Numbered from the stretch's first letter, positions 1 through 11,619 are shown. The stretch is DNA of 17,334 nt from Paraspadella gotoi (GCA_051294375.1 JBJCIZ010000900.1:1-17334); one strand, 5' to 3'. Translations and numbers: made by a program. The notes: generated by a model not told the origin, from the letters alone.

Positions 1-691
1 GTAAATATTACCTCCCCAGATATGTCGTCCCATGAATCGATAATTGCCCAGTTTACCGACCTTTCCCGGACGCAACGTGTGGAAGAACGGAGGTACCTCG
101 CCTCCGATACGGATTTCGGGTATGCCTAAAAGTATATTATTCAATTCAAAGTCAGACGGTCCGGATTTTTTCTATTAATCAATGGACTAATTACATAAGT
201 TGTTGGATGTTAGCAATCTGGATAAAGATCATCCTTATTTACCCATAATGAAAATATAAAAGGATACTCTTTTCGAATGGCAAAAAAAGAACGAAAAAGT
301 TAATGGCAATGCAATTTAAGCATCGATCTACCCCAAACCAAAAATAGCCGCGCAGTTTGTCCCGGTGCTGAAGGCCAGCTTACAGTTTATTGACTTTCGA
401 CTATAAAAAAAGAGACTTATGAAAAAAGATTAGACTGAAAGGGTGCGATTAGCGCCGCGCGCGGCGGAAAAAAAAAATCGGTATGAAGGACTACGTGTAA
501 ATAAGTTATATTTTCAAATGTACCATATATATATCTGTTCTTACGTAGTCATAACATTTAATTGTACCTTGTTTGATATATCAAAAAAAGTTAAATCCTT
601 GCGACTTTAAAGTTTTGTCTTCCGTGAATGCAGTTAAAAAACTTGCCCTTTTAATCACCCCCATATTCAAAATACACCGAAAAAAGAATGA
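1..691 (+). CDS. polB: pPolB C-terminal fragment, copy A; frameshifted
   Basis: SDTD(S) at 103-117, LDVSNLDKDHPY (~203-240), RLKG (~432-444), LNPCDFK (~591-611), LPFNHPH (~643-665). Homologous to 9230-9883. The stop could be 691 or 782 depending on the true frame. Confidence 0.88.
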
Positions 692-947
692 TTGTTATGA
701 AAATCACCCCCCCCTCAAGAGAGACACAAGGAAATTTGGAGAAAAAAAAAAAAGAGGGAATAACTTTGACACACTTGTCTAAATATGTATATATAATATT
801 GTCTATCCATATATTATGTTTGCCAATTTATAATTTGTAAATATGTACATATGACTGAAATCGTTTACCGGTTTGTTTTTAGCGGTAAGTAGAGTAAAAA
901 ATGACAGAGAGCCTCTTTTTTGCTTCCATCGTAGCTAGCGCCTTCCC

Positions 948-1170
948 TGAGAGAAGAGACGAGAGAGAGAGAGAGGAGAGGGAGAGAGAGAGACGAATCC
1001 GATATTTCGAGATTCGAAAAGTTCAGAGAGATGAGATGAGAGAACGAGACGTAGGAAGAGGAGAGAATCGAAGACGAGATGACCTGAGAGAGAGGAGAGA
1101 GAGGAGAGAACGAGGAGAGAGACTGCAGAGGAAGCAGACAAGAGAGAGACGAGAGAGGAGAGAGAGAGAG
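948..1170. repeat. Imperfect (GA)n microsatellite tract
   Basis: Directly visible; counterpart at 10120-10350. Confidence 0.9.
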
Positions 1171-2032
1171 ATGTTTTCATCCCCAGACGATGACATTTCG
1201 TCATTTCGTAATTTAATACTCTTTTTTTGGCTGTTACCTTAACCGAACAATACGTTTTTCAAGACAGTGTGGTTGAGTGCACTCGGTCGATCTCGGTCGG
1301 TTCGAGGTCTCGGTCGGTTAGTAGACCGTTATGTGTTCCTTCTTCCTTTGCCCACATCTCTTCTAGAACGATTTTTTCGTAACCGTTGGAGACGATTCAA
1401 ACCGTAAAGATGTCTGGATCGAACGAAGAAAAAAATAAAAAGAATTTTGTTTAAATTTTTACATTTTATTATCAGTGTAGGAGAGGGGAAACTACTATGT
1501 ACAGAGAAACGAAAAAAAATAGAAAAACACGGTTTTTTATGATTTCTGGTTGAGGGAAAAAATACAATTAATCACATTATCGAAGAAAAAGACACCGAAA
1601 CATTTTTTTAGGATTTTCGAATGTGAAATATCATACAAAGAACTATTAGTAGATAATTTTTTTTGTTAAACAAATACGATACAAAGACATGTTAGTAGAT
1701 AATTTTGTTGTTAAATAGACGAAAATAGCAACAATTTTTTTTTTATTTTTTTTTTATTTTTAAGTTTTTTTGGTATTTTTTAATTTTTGGTTAGTGAATT
1801 ACATATATACAAACGATTTAGAAAAACGTGGTCCGTCCGAAGTTAAAATCTCTCAAGTAGACTGAACGAGAAACTGCTCGAGGCAAGAAGAAAACACTAT
1901 TAAAACGACCCACATTTCTAAATAATCGTCCGGAAATACCGTGTATAATGGTTAAAAGGGATTAAGTTATCGAAAACGAAGCGAACTTCGCGTCTGTACA
2001 AATACAATATATAAAATTCTATAAACATTTGG

Positions 2033-2165
2033 GAGAGAAGGAGAAAGAGAGAGAGAAGAGAGAGGAGAGGAGAGAGAGAGAGAGAGGGAAGCGAACAAAT
2101 TTTGTTAGTAAATTATTTATATACACATCGAAAACAACAATTTTTTAGTAAAATATTTTATATAC

Positions 2166-2201
<36 letters not shown>

Positions 2202-2330
2202 GAGAGAGAGAGAGACAAATTTTTGTTAGTAAATAATTTTTTGAATACAGGAGAGAAGAGAGAGAGAGAGAGAGAGAGGAAAGAGAGAGAAGAGAGACAA
2301 ATTTTGTTAGTAAAATATTTTTATAATTAC

Positions 2331-2365
<35 letters not shown>
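2033..2365. repeat. Compound tandem array: (GA)n + ACAAATTTTGTTAGTAAA..TTTATATACA units
   Basis: GTTAGTA core at 2104, 2225 and 2306, variant at ~2144, separated by GA tracts. Confidence 0.9.
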
Positions 2366-2371
2366 TGTGTA

Positions 2372-4680
2372 CCGAGAATTAAAGACGGCGTGGGTGTAAA
2401 GAGGCCACTTCGATGTCCGCCGGACCTCGTCCGCTTCCGCTTCCTCCGCGTCTTCGTCGAAAAGTTCCGGATCTCGTCGTCTCGTCGTCGTCGCCCTCGT
2501 CTATTGAGGAGGGCGCCTCGATCGTCCTTTCGCTCGTCCTCTTCGTAATCGGGGCCGCGGTCGTCGTCCTCTTCGTCGTCCTCTTCGTAATCGGGGGCCA
2601 CGTCGTTCTTGGCGGAGGCGGATCCCGGGGTGGTGGTGGTGCCGATGGTCTCGTTGGAGGAAGAGAGCGGGTCCCGGTTCTCTTTGTTGGCTTCCCGATC
2701 GTCCTCCTGGGGTAAGATCTCCCCGTCGTCGACGAGCCACTTCTCGGCGCGTTTGGGCGGTTCCGGGTTCCGATAAGAAGAAGCGTCGGAATCCCGGATC
2801 TTTCTCTTTTTCAAAGGGAGGAGACGTTCCACGGCCGAGTCTATGAAGCGGTCCGAGTCGTTGGCGAGAGGAGGAAAGGAGGAATAGGACGAAGAAGAAT
2901 GGCGCGGGAACGAGGAGGACGGTTGTTTCGTCGTCGCGACGCCGCGGGGGTCGATCTCGTCCTCCTCCTCCTCCTCCTCCTCTTCCTCTCCTCCTCGGGG
3001 AGGAAGCCGAAAAGAGACGGTCTTAACGGCCTTCCTCTTCTTCTTCATCGCCTCCTCCCCCTCCTCTTCCTCCTCCTCCCGCCCGCTCTTTCCCGTCGTC
3101 GGCGTCGCGTCGGTGCGTGCGCGATCGTCGCGTCGGCGTCTCGTCCGTCGCCGTGATCGATAGCGTGTACCGACGCAGGATGGGTTTAGCGCGGAATCGG
3201 GGCAGAATTCCAACGATAACGTTTGGGGGGGACGACTCCTTCCCCTCCGTCGTCGTCCAAGGGAGGAGGAGAGGGACGCTTCTTGCCGCGCCATCGTCGC
3301 CGACCTGACCGCTCGCAGCTGCAGTCGTCGTTCTCTCTCGACACACCTTTTCTCTGGCGATCAGAAGGCCGCCGGCCTGCGCGGTCGAGTCCATTCAGAT
3401 ACACGTCTGGCTCTCCTTCCTCCCTCTTCTTCTCCTCCCCCTCCACCGCCCTCCTCCGCCTTCTCTCTTCTTCGCGGGAACGGCGGGAACGGACTGGGGG
3501 ACAGCCTGACGGGATCTCGGTCACCGACGGGGGCAACGGATACCTGGCCCCGGCTTGCGCTACAGGTAGAGACCGTGGTGGGCAACGGGCCAACGGGCGT
3601 ACGGACAGTCCGCGGACGGGGTGTCCGGGCCGCCGCTCCTGCGCCCAGTGACGCCGCCCCCGCGCGCGCAGCGCACACGCCGGCAGCCATGCAGCGGCCC
3701 CCACGTCCCAGCCCAGACCAGCCGCCGGCCCCCGGCGGCCGACACCGGCGGAGGCAAGCTCTTAGAGTCGATTTTCGCGAACGCTTTTTGCCTTTCAGGC
3801 GGAAAGACGGGTCCTTTGGCGCTCCGGCTCCTTCTTCGTCGTCGTTCGTCGATCGTCGAAGCGAGGGCAGGACGACTCCCCGGGGGCGGCCGTGTCGCCG
3901 GGGTGAGTCGGAGAGACGTCGCTTCTTTTCCTTTTCCTTCTTCCCCCGCGACGAGGCACGCTTGTCGTAAGACCGGCGCGTCGGAGCACGGGAAGGGCTG
4001 TGAGCTGCGGACGAGCTGTCCGGCTGGTCCGGATCGTACCGAGGGCATAAGCTGAGTTACAGAGCGCAGGTATGGTAGGGAAGGGCGGCGGGGGGAGTGC
4101 GGAGGGCGGGAGACAGAAGATAGTGAGCTGGTGGCGGTAATCACAATGCTTCGCCCGACCCGGTGAGGGAGAAATGCAAGTTTGTTTCCGGTCGAATTTT
4201 CTTGGAGGGGAGGAGGCGACGACCTTGGAACGCGAAGGCTGAGTCCGCGACGAAGTTCTTCTTTCGTAGACGCGCTGACGGCCGCTGCTACCGCGAGCAC
4301 CCGCTTCATGACTTGACTGGCGGAAAAACATTCCTTGCCCTCCATCCTCTAGGCGGCGACGATCGAAGATGGCATCTTTTCGGTCGCCACGGGATTGCCC
4401 ATGGCGCTGAGTGGTCGTCATTTCGGCTTCAGGTCCGTCGGATCGTCATTCCGCGGCACAACTCGCGAAAAAGGATTTGGTCTGCTCTGTCTGCTGATTG
4501 CGCGTGGTTGGACTCGAACCGTTCTCGATGTCGCCTCTCCACATATATGCGTCGCCTCGAGCGTGTTCTCCTGTTGTCTCGGATCATCCTTCTGTCTCAG
4601 AGCTCATGCTCTCTTCCAGGCGAGCGTCAACACATGTTCCTCTCCTCGATCAGGGCTCCTTCAATCATTCGTAACCACTC
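2372..4680 (-). CDS. Copy A of the large hypothetical protein (disordered C-terminal two-thirds); 5' part lost at the gap
   Basis: ORF 2158-3294 holds the cleanest stretch (KTVSF..LPLKKRKIRD..EKWLVDDGEILP..NKENRDP..PDYEEDD). Colinear with 11620-13500. Confidence 0.6.
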
Positions 4681-4739
4681 GCTAGACATGGTTCCCTGCC
4701 TCGCCACGTCCATCAGTGTCCGTCCCGCATCCGCTTACT

Positions 4740-4764
4740 NNNNNNNNNNNNNNNNNNNNNNNNN
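4740..4764. other. Assembly gap (25 N)
   Basis: Run of N separating the two element copies. Confidence 1.
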
Positions 4765-7127
4765 AAAAAGAGAGAGATAAGGAAGTTGGAAGACGATGTT
4801 TTCGAAGAATAAATATTATAACAAACAATGTTGCAAAATTAAAGAAATATTAAATAAAAAAGAGATTTTTTAGCATTGGCGAGTTGAACGGCTATAAACA
4901 TATGTTTTTGACGAGGTCAGTACAATTACATTACGCACTGCCAAAACCACACAGAATAATACAAACAGGTCATGTATCAATAAATGAAAAACGTATTCAT
5001 CGATAACACCACTACTAAAATTACATTATAACCCCACATCATCAATTTCTATTTTTATCTTTCTTTATTTATTATGACGAATTTAGGAAGTAAAAAATTG
5101 TTAGAAAAATCGACTAATTATTACTGAACCTTGCGAAGATCTAACTCAAAGATGGGAATCAGTGAACATTAGACACTGACATTCATATCGCGACAATCGG
5201 TTTAACCTGACTCTCGGATGTTCAAAAATTTTCCGTAGCGTCAACAAAGGAGTGGCGGTGGCGCCGTCAAATGCGCGGCATGAATCGTAGAGATGCACGG
5301 GGGATGTCTCGAAGGCGTTTATAGAAGAGAACCTATGACAGTTTGGAGCGCGGGAGACAATAGAGCGAGAAGATCAGTTAGGAAGCGTGAACAGCGGGGG
5401 TGGAGGGGGGCGTGAAAGAGCTGGGAGGTTGGGTGGAAGGAAATGGAGGGATGGGGGATTAATTGTTTAGCACATGTTGTACGTTTCCCATTTGGATTTT
5501 ACTTAAGAAGCTTGAAAAGTATTTTTAAAATGGTGGTAATTTCTTTAATGTTTAAACTGTTTTTGCTTTTGGTGTTAAGCTATAATTCTTTATTCTTAAA
5601 TGTATATGATTTTTTCCCTCCTTACCTCTTTCTTTATTCCTCTATTTTGTACTTCTCTTTTAATTCATTCAGTCATTCAATGTATTAATTTATTCATTCA
5701 CATCTTTTTGTTTTTTTTATTTCACTCTTTCTTCTTTTATTTTCTCTTCTACTCTCTCTTATTCCTTCTTTCCTTCTTTTCATTCTCCTTCTTCCTTAAC
5801 TCTCTGCTTCCTTCTTTTCACTTCCTTCCTTTCCCTCCCCACATCCCACATCCCTACATCCCAAGCTCCCCCCTAACCGACCAGCAGCACTGGCTTCCGT
5901 TCTGGAGATAAGAGCATTATTCAGATCAACTCGTTGAACTGAATCGCTTCCGCTGTAAACTTGGATGATGTGAAAGAAAAAAGGTTGGACTCGATGTCAC
6001 GTTCGGGGAAGCTTGTTGGGCGGCTCGAGCAGGCCCTTATTCTTCTTCGCTCAAGAGACGGACGAATCGGAATGACTGATCATGTCGAATATAGACGAAA
6101 AGGGCCCGAGTTGGAGAGGAACCTTACGTTCACCGGACACAATGAACTTTTCGGAACATCGCTGGAGTTGGGAAATTTTGATGGGGTTGGAGGAGAAAAG
6201 GGGGATGGATTTGGGTGGGCGATGAGGATACTGTGATTAGAATATTTGATTGATTTATTGAAATTTATTGATTGATGAATTGAATTGTTGATTGGAAATA
6301 TGATTGATGAGGTTGATTGATTGATTAATTGAATAACTTCTTGTGCTCAATGTAATGAAGCACATCAATTAAAATGCAGGGATTGTTAAGTCTAGGGGAC
6401 GGCTAATATGGTTTAATTGCAGATATATGAAGGTGCATATAGTTGGAGAAAAACATATATGTATGTGTTTGGTACATATTTTAATGATCATGTGTTGGGA
6501 GTTTAATTGTTTCAATAACTTCGATCATATTTGTGGTAAATGAAAAACTTTGAAATAAATATCTTAATTTTTCTAACCATTCACATGACACTATTCCCGC
6601 CATAAATCAATATATGTCCTCTTCCACCTTTAGCCATAACTACAAAACCACTTTCCGCTCATAAACATTTCTCATCCCTTTCCCCCGCCGCACTATCGGA
6701 CGATCCTTCTGTATGCATCTGTTTGTTCTTTACAAACTATATCCTCGTTTAAGTTGACGAAGGCGCAATTCCGAAGATGGACATTTGGAAATTCTGTGTG
6801 TGCGCGAACTCGTTGGAGTTCAGAATCGATCAATATGAGTCGATTGGGCACTCGATCTTGATGTTGGGCCAGATGGAGGACGATGACAGTCTTGCGGTGT
6901 ATCTTGGGGGGGGGAGGGAGGTTAAGGGGGAGGGCTTTTGGATTTGTGTAATAGGTTTTGATATTCTGATTAATTTATATGTTATTTTTATTTTAATATT
7001 TGATTGGTCATTTATTACTTGAATTGTCTTGATTTTTCATCATTGTATTTTATTTTATTTTTATTGTTTTTGATTTGGTTTAATGGCTTACATTTATTGA
7101 TAACCTTTTGGAGTGAGAGAAGAACCA
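4765..7127 (+). CDS. polB: Probable N-terminal part of the same pPolB (terminal-protein/vOTU-like region, Zn finger, ExoI); very degraded
   Basis: Weak but correctly ordered remnants: NKGSG(W) (~5243-5262), NCLAHVV (5461-5481), EHYSDQLVELNRF (5912-5950), TDHVEY and NLTFTGH (within ORF 5961-6236), YCD(L)E ExoI-like (6229-6243). Several need a 1-2 nt correction. Confidence 0.5.
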
Positions 7128-9883
7128 ACCGTGTGGAAGATGGACACCGGGGTGGGAGAACTTATTAAGCTTATTTGTCTTTTTCAGCAACTTATAAAAA
7201 ATGTAAAAAATACTTCACTATTTTATCTTTGTTGTAGATTGTTTACTGTTTTTATTTAATGTATATTTCTCTTTTAGTTTTTTTCCTTTTTTTTTGATAT
7301 TTTTTATAAGAGTTAGAGCTTTGGGAGTGATCCGAATTTGGAATAATCTCATAAATATTCAACATTAAAAAAAGGAAAAAAAGTAGATTAAATAAATCCT
7401 AATTAGACTCGAATCACAGCAGAAAATTAATGTCACTGACGATTAACTGAGAGAAAAACCTTTTATTTTTCATATTTCCTTGATTTTCGTAACTTTGTTT
7501 CGCTAATTTTCGTTTTTATATGCTTCTAGTTTCTAACTATTAGTCAAACTGTGTCTCTAAAAGGTAAATGTTATGTTTTTTTGATTGGTACACAATATAT
7601 AAATAGGAGTTTTATAAAAAACGAAAGGAAAAAATCCTGTAAAGAGTGTAAACGATGAGGCCTTTTCGCTCGTCGATTTCGTGTAACTACTTAATTTTGA
7701 GAGCCTGGACTCTAGTGAGTAAATAAGTCGAAAATAATACTTGCGACTCGTTGGGCGAAAAAGGATCGGAACCCCCCTGCCCAAATGCGCAAAGAGACTA
7801 AAAGGAAAAATTTTTTTTACTCTATCAATTGTAAAGAGTAATAATTATGATGAATCCTAGCCCGCTTCCTCAGAAAGCAAACTTTTTCTACATTTTCTTC
7901 AGGGGTGAAGTGTTACAAAGACGGAATTCCCTAAGCAGAAGATTTCTATTCACGAACTCAAACGAAAAAACATTTCGGAGAGTGACTATCAGGAAGCTTA
8001 GACTGTATAATGAATTAAAATGCAAAAAACTTGGGAGAGAACGCACAATTTATGTAAAATTGGACACCATTCTATATTAGACAATATCGTTATTTAAAAA
8101 GAATTATATCTATATTTAAATTAGACATAACTCGTTATTTATTCGTTACCAGTCTTCGCATTTTGACGCTTGTAAGTATAAATCTAACGTAAAATTAGAA
8201 TGCATAGATCCATCGATATTTACAAAAGAAATTCGCCGATCCATACGGGTGGTTGGTCGGGTTTTTCGTGAATTACGCTCAATCGAAGGACGAATTAATT
8301 TACCAAACCCATACGGGAGATATCGCTAAAATAAGCGATAAATAATTAGAGGAAGCGGAAAGAATTTAATTTTAAGCTAAAAAATCATACCAATCGGGAG
8401 GAGCATCGATTCGGAGAACAGGAGGAAGGGAAGGAAGGAGGAGGAAGGGGTGAAGAAATTTGCGAGGTCTGAGATATCACTCAATCTCTTTACGATTCTC
8501 TCGATTTTGCCTTAGCATCAACTCTTTATATGCCATATATTTATTAAATATAATTGCCTTACGCGGGGTTTCGATATTTAAGGGGTCGGAGAATGAAGAA
8601 ATTAAAAGAGAGTTTTAATCAATTCCGGTAATAATATAGATAATTTTGGTAATATAGGTTATTTCTCTTAATGTGGATTAGTTTCACAGAAAGAGGGAAG
8701 CATTTGTTCGACGTGTTCCCCTGACCGAAAACAGAATCGGGACGACGAACTGTCCCCATTCACTAAGATTCTTATGGCTAAAACGGAACAAAAATGCTAA
8801 AGTTCAAAAATTAATTGTAGATTTAACAAGAAAAAAAATTATCTCATACATTTCCTTTTTCTTAAGTATTTGCTGACAGAGAGAGTGAAACTGACCAGAG
8901 AGTCAATATATATTATTTTTTTTCGCCAAAAGGTGCTGTTTCGAGAGTTCGTGCAGGGAATTGGACCTAAGGGAAAATCTAAGAGCAAAATACAATGTTC
9001 TAGAGCAAATTGTATCTCGAAGTAATAACAGGCAAGTTAGTGGGGCGGAGGGACAAATTTAAGGCTAATTATTAAGTTATTACATAGCGAGAGGGAGGGT
9101 TGAAGACATATCACGACAGCCTTAATCGACCGACATGATCCTATCAAAAAATTGCATTTACGCAAAATCTTACAACAAAAAGGTACTGTGGACGATGTAT
9201 CTTTACGGGTGCGCTGTGTTAGACCTTTCGAAATATTACCTCCAGATATGCTCCATGAATCATATTGCCAGTTTCCGCACCTTCCCGGGAACGACAACGT
9301 GAGAGTCTCTCTCCGATACAGATTCGGTATGCCTAAAAGTATTATTCAATTCAAAAGTCAGACGGTCCGGATTTTTTCTATAACAATGGCTAAATTACAT
9401 AAGTTGTTGGAGTTTAGCAACTGGATAAAGATCATCCTTATTTCACCCATAATGAAAATATAAAGGATACTCTTTTTCGAATGGCAAAAAAAAGAACGAA
9501 AAAGTTAATGGCAAATTTAAGATCGATCTAACACAAACCAAATAGCCGCGCAGTTTGCCGGTTGAAGGCCAAAGCTTACAGTTTATTGACTTTCGACTAT
9601 AAAAGAGGACTTATGATAAAAAGATTAGACTGAAAGGGTGGATAGCGCCGCGGCGGAAAAATACGGTATGAAGGTAATGATACGTAAAATTTATATTTTT
9701 CAAAATGTACAATATACTAAATATGTTCGTTACGTAGTCATAGACATTTAATGTACCTTGTTGAATTATCAAAAAAAGTTTAAATCCTTTGCGACTTAAA
9801 GTTTTTCTCCGTGAATGCAGTTAAAAAACTTGCCCTTTAATCACCCCCATATCAAATACACCGAAAAAAAGATGTTGTATTGA
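7128..9883 (+). CDS. polB: Protein-primed DNA polymerase B (pPolB), exonuclease/polymerase core; heavily frameshifted in this assembly
   Basis: Frame-corrected motifs occur in the expected order: FSLVDSCNYL (~7663), EFPKQEDFYS..ISESDYQEA..ELKCK.LGE (~7925-8040), SIRGG (~8240), motif A AL(D)INSLYA..LPYAGFRY (~8510-8580), QKLIVDL (~8805), motif B-like KLYLEVITGK (9007-9036), GCAVLDLSKY (~9208), motif C SDTDS (9312-9326), SNLDKDHP..GKFK..GLKAKAYS..RLKG (~9415-9640), LNPCD..LPFNHP (~9780-9850). These match my recollection of Polinton pPolB consensus blocks. Confidence 0.92.
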
Positions 9884-10119
9884 AATACCCCCGCCCTCAA
9901 AGAGAACACAAGGAAATTTTGGAGAGAAAAAAAGAAGGGGAGAAATAACTTTGACACACTTGTAAATAGTATATAAATATTGTCTATCCCATAATTATTT
10001 GTTTGCCAATTATAATTTTAAATATATGTACATATGACTGAATCGTTAGCGGTTTTTTACCTAGTAAAAAAAATGACAGAGAGTCTTTTTTTCTCGATTG
10101 CAGCTAGCGCTCCCTGAGC

Positions 10120-10223
10120 GAGAGAGAGAGAGAGGAGAGAGGAAGAGAGAGAGAAGAGAGAGAGGAGAGAGGAGAGAGAAGAAGATGCGAAATACAGAGC
10201 ATTTCGAGATTCGAAAGTTCAGA

Positions 10224-10283
<60 letters not shown>

Positions 10284-10305
10284 TTCGAGAAAGAAGTTCA
10301 CAGAG

Positions 10306-10345
<40 letters not shown>

Positions 10346-10350
10346 AGAGA
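10120..10350. repeat. Imperfect (GA)n microsatellite tract with two GATTCGA..AAGTTCA inserts
   Basis: Directly visible; inserts at ~10208 and ~10282. Confidence 0.9.
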
Positions 10351-11188
10351 TTAATCTCCGACGATGACATTTCGTCATTTCGTAATTTAATACTCTTTTT
10401 TTTTTTTTTTGCTGTTACCTGAACCGAAACAATACGTTTTTCGAAGACCGTTGGTTGGTGACTCGGTCGATCGGTCGGGTCGTCGGTCGGTTACGACACG
10501 TTTTCCTTCTTCCTTTTGCCCATCCTTCTCTTAGAACGATATTTTTCGTAACCGTTGAGACGATTCGACCATAAAATGTCTGGTCGAGACGAAGAAAAAA
10601 TAAAAAAGAATTTGTTAAATTTTTACATTTTTATTATCAGTGAGTGAGAGGGAAACTACTATGTACAGAGAAACGAAAAATAAGAGAAAACACGGTTTTT
10701 TTATGATTCTGGTTGAGGGAAATACAATTAATCATCATTTATCATTATCAAGAAAGACACCGAAACATTTTTTTAGGATTTTCGAATGTGAAAATATCAT
10801 ACAAGAACTATTAGTAGATATTATTTGTTAAACAAATACGATACAAAGACATGTTGTAGTAATAATTTTGTTGTTAAATAGACGAAATAAAGCACAATTT
10901 TTTATTTTATTTTTTTTTATTTTTTTAAGTTTTTTTGGTATTTTTTAATTTTGTGTTAGTGAATTACATATATACAAACGATTTAGAAAAACGTGGTCCG
11001 AATTAAAAATCTCTCAAGTAGGCTGAACGAGAATCTTCGAGGCAAGAAGAAAAAATATTATTAAAAGACACATCATTTATATCGTCCGGAATACCGTGTA
11101 TAATGGTTAGAATGGGATTAAGTTATCGAAAACGAAGCGAACTTCGCGTCTGTACAAATACAATATATAAAATTCTATAAACATTTTG

Positions 11189-11189
<1 letters not shown>

Positions 11190-11247
<58 letters not shown>

Positions 11248-11362
11248 AGAGTGGACAAATTTTTGTTAGTAATTATTTATATATAACACCGAAACAACAA
11301 ATTTTGTTAGTAAAATATTTTTATATACAGAGAGAGAGAGAGAGGGGAAGAGAGAGAGAGAG

Positions 11363-11405
<43 letters not shown>

Positions 11406-11550
11406 GGGAGGTGGACAAATTTTTGTTAGTAAATTATTTATATACCACCGAAACAACAATTTTGTTAGTAAAATATTTTATATACAGAGAGAGAGAAGGA
11501 GAGAAGAGAGAGAGAAGAGAGGACAAATTTTGTTAGTAAAATATTTTTAT

Positions 11551-11614
<64 letters not shown>
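11190..11614. repeat. Compound tandem array: (GA)n + ACAAATTTTGTTAGTAAA..TTTATATACA units
   Basis: GTTAGTA core at 11265, 11306, 11425, 11464 and 11532. Confidence 0.9.
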
Positions 11615-11616
<2 letters not shown>

Positions 11617-11619
11617 TGT

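Larger units (their letters stand above)
1..4739. mobile_element. Second copy (copy A) of the same Polinton-like element, partial
   Basis: Colinear with about 9230-13500: pPolB C-terminus, intergenic GA arrays and the 3' two-thirds of the large minus-strand gene. Ends at the N gap. Confidence 0.8.

Noticed and set aside
901-1242. ORFs with ERERER or LSLSLS runs (also 10098-10370 and 14952-15437)
   Set aside because: They are translations of (GA)n microsatellites, which lack stop codons by composition.
2413-4780. Many overlapping plus-strand ORFs (also 12097-13418 and 13498-14679)
   Set aside because: Antisense shadows of a GC-rich minus-strand gene; the synonymous substitution pattern favours the minus frame.
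5390-5890. G-rich and C-rich blocks as an inverted repeat or TIR
   Set aside because: Only the composition is complementary; I could not align them base by base, and no Polinton-type terminus is evident.
5443-5911. Hydrophobic Phe/Leu-rich ORFs as membrane proteins (also 6777-7022)
   Set aside because: They derive from T-rich low-complexity stretches inside the degraded pPolB region.
6690-6905. Open minus-strand frame of about 70 codons as a host exon
   Set aside because: No recognisable motif or donor site, and it lies between ordered plus-strand pPolB motifs.
11250-11560. CRISPR-like repeat-spacer look of the GTTAGTA array
   Set aside because: The spacers are GA microsatellite of variable length, the context is eukaryotic, and there are no cas genes.
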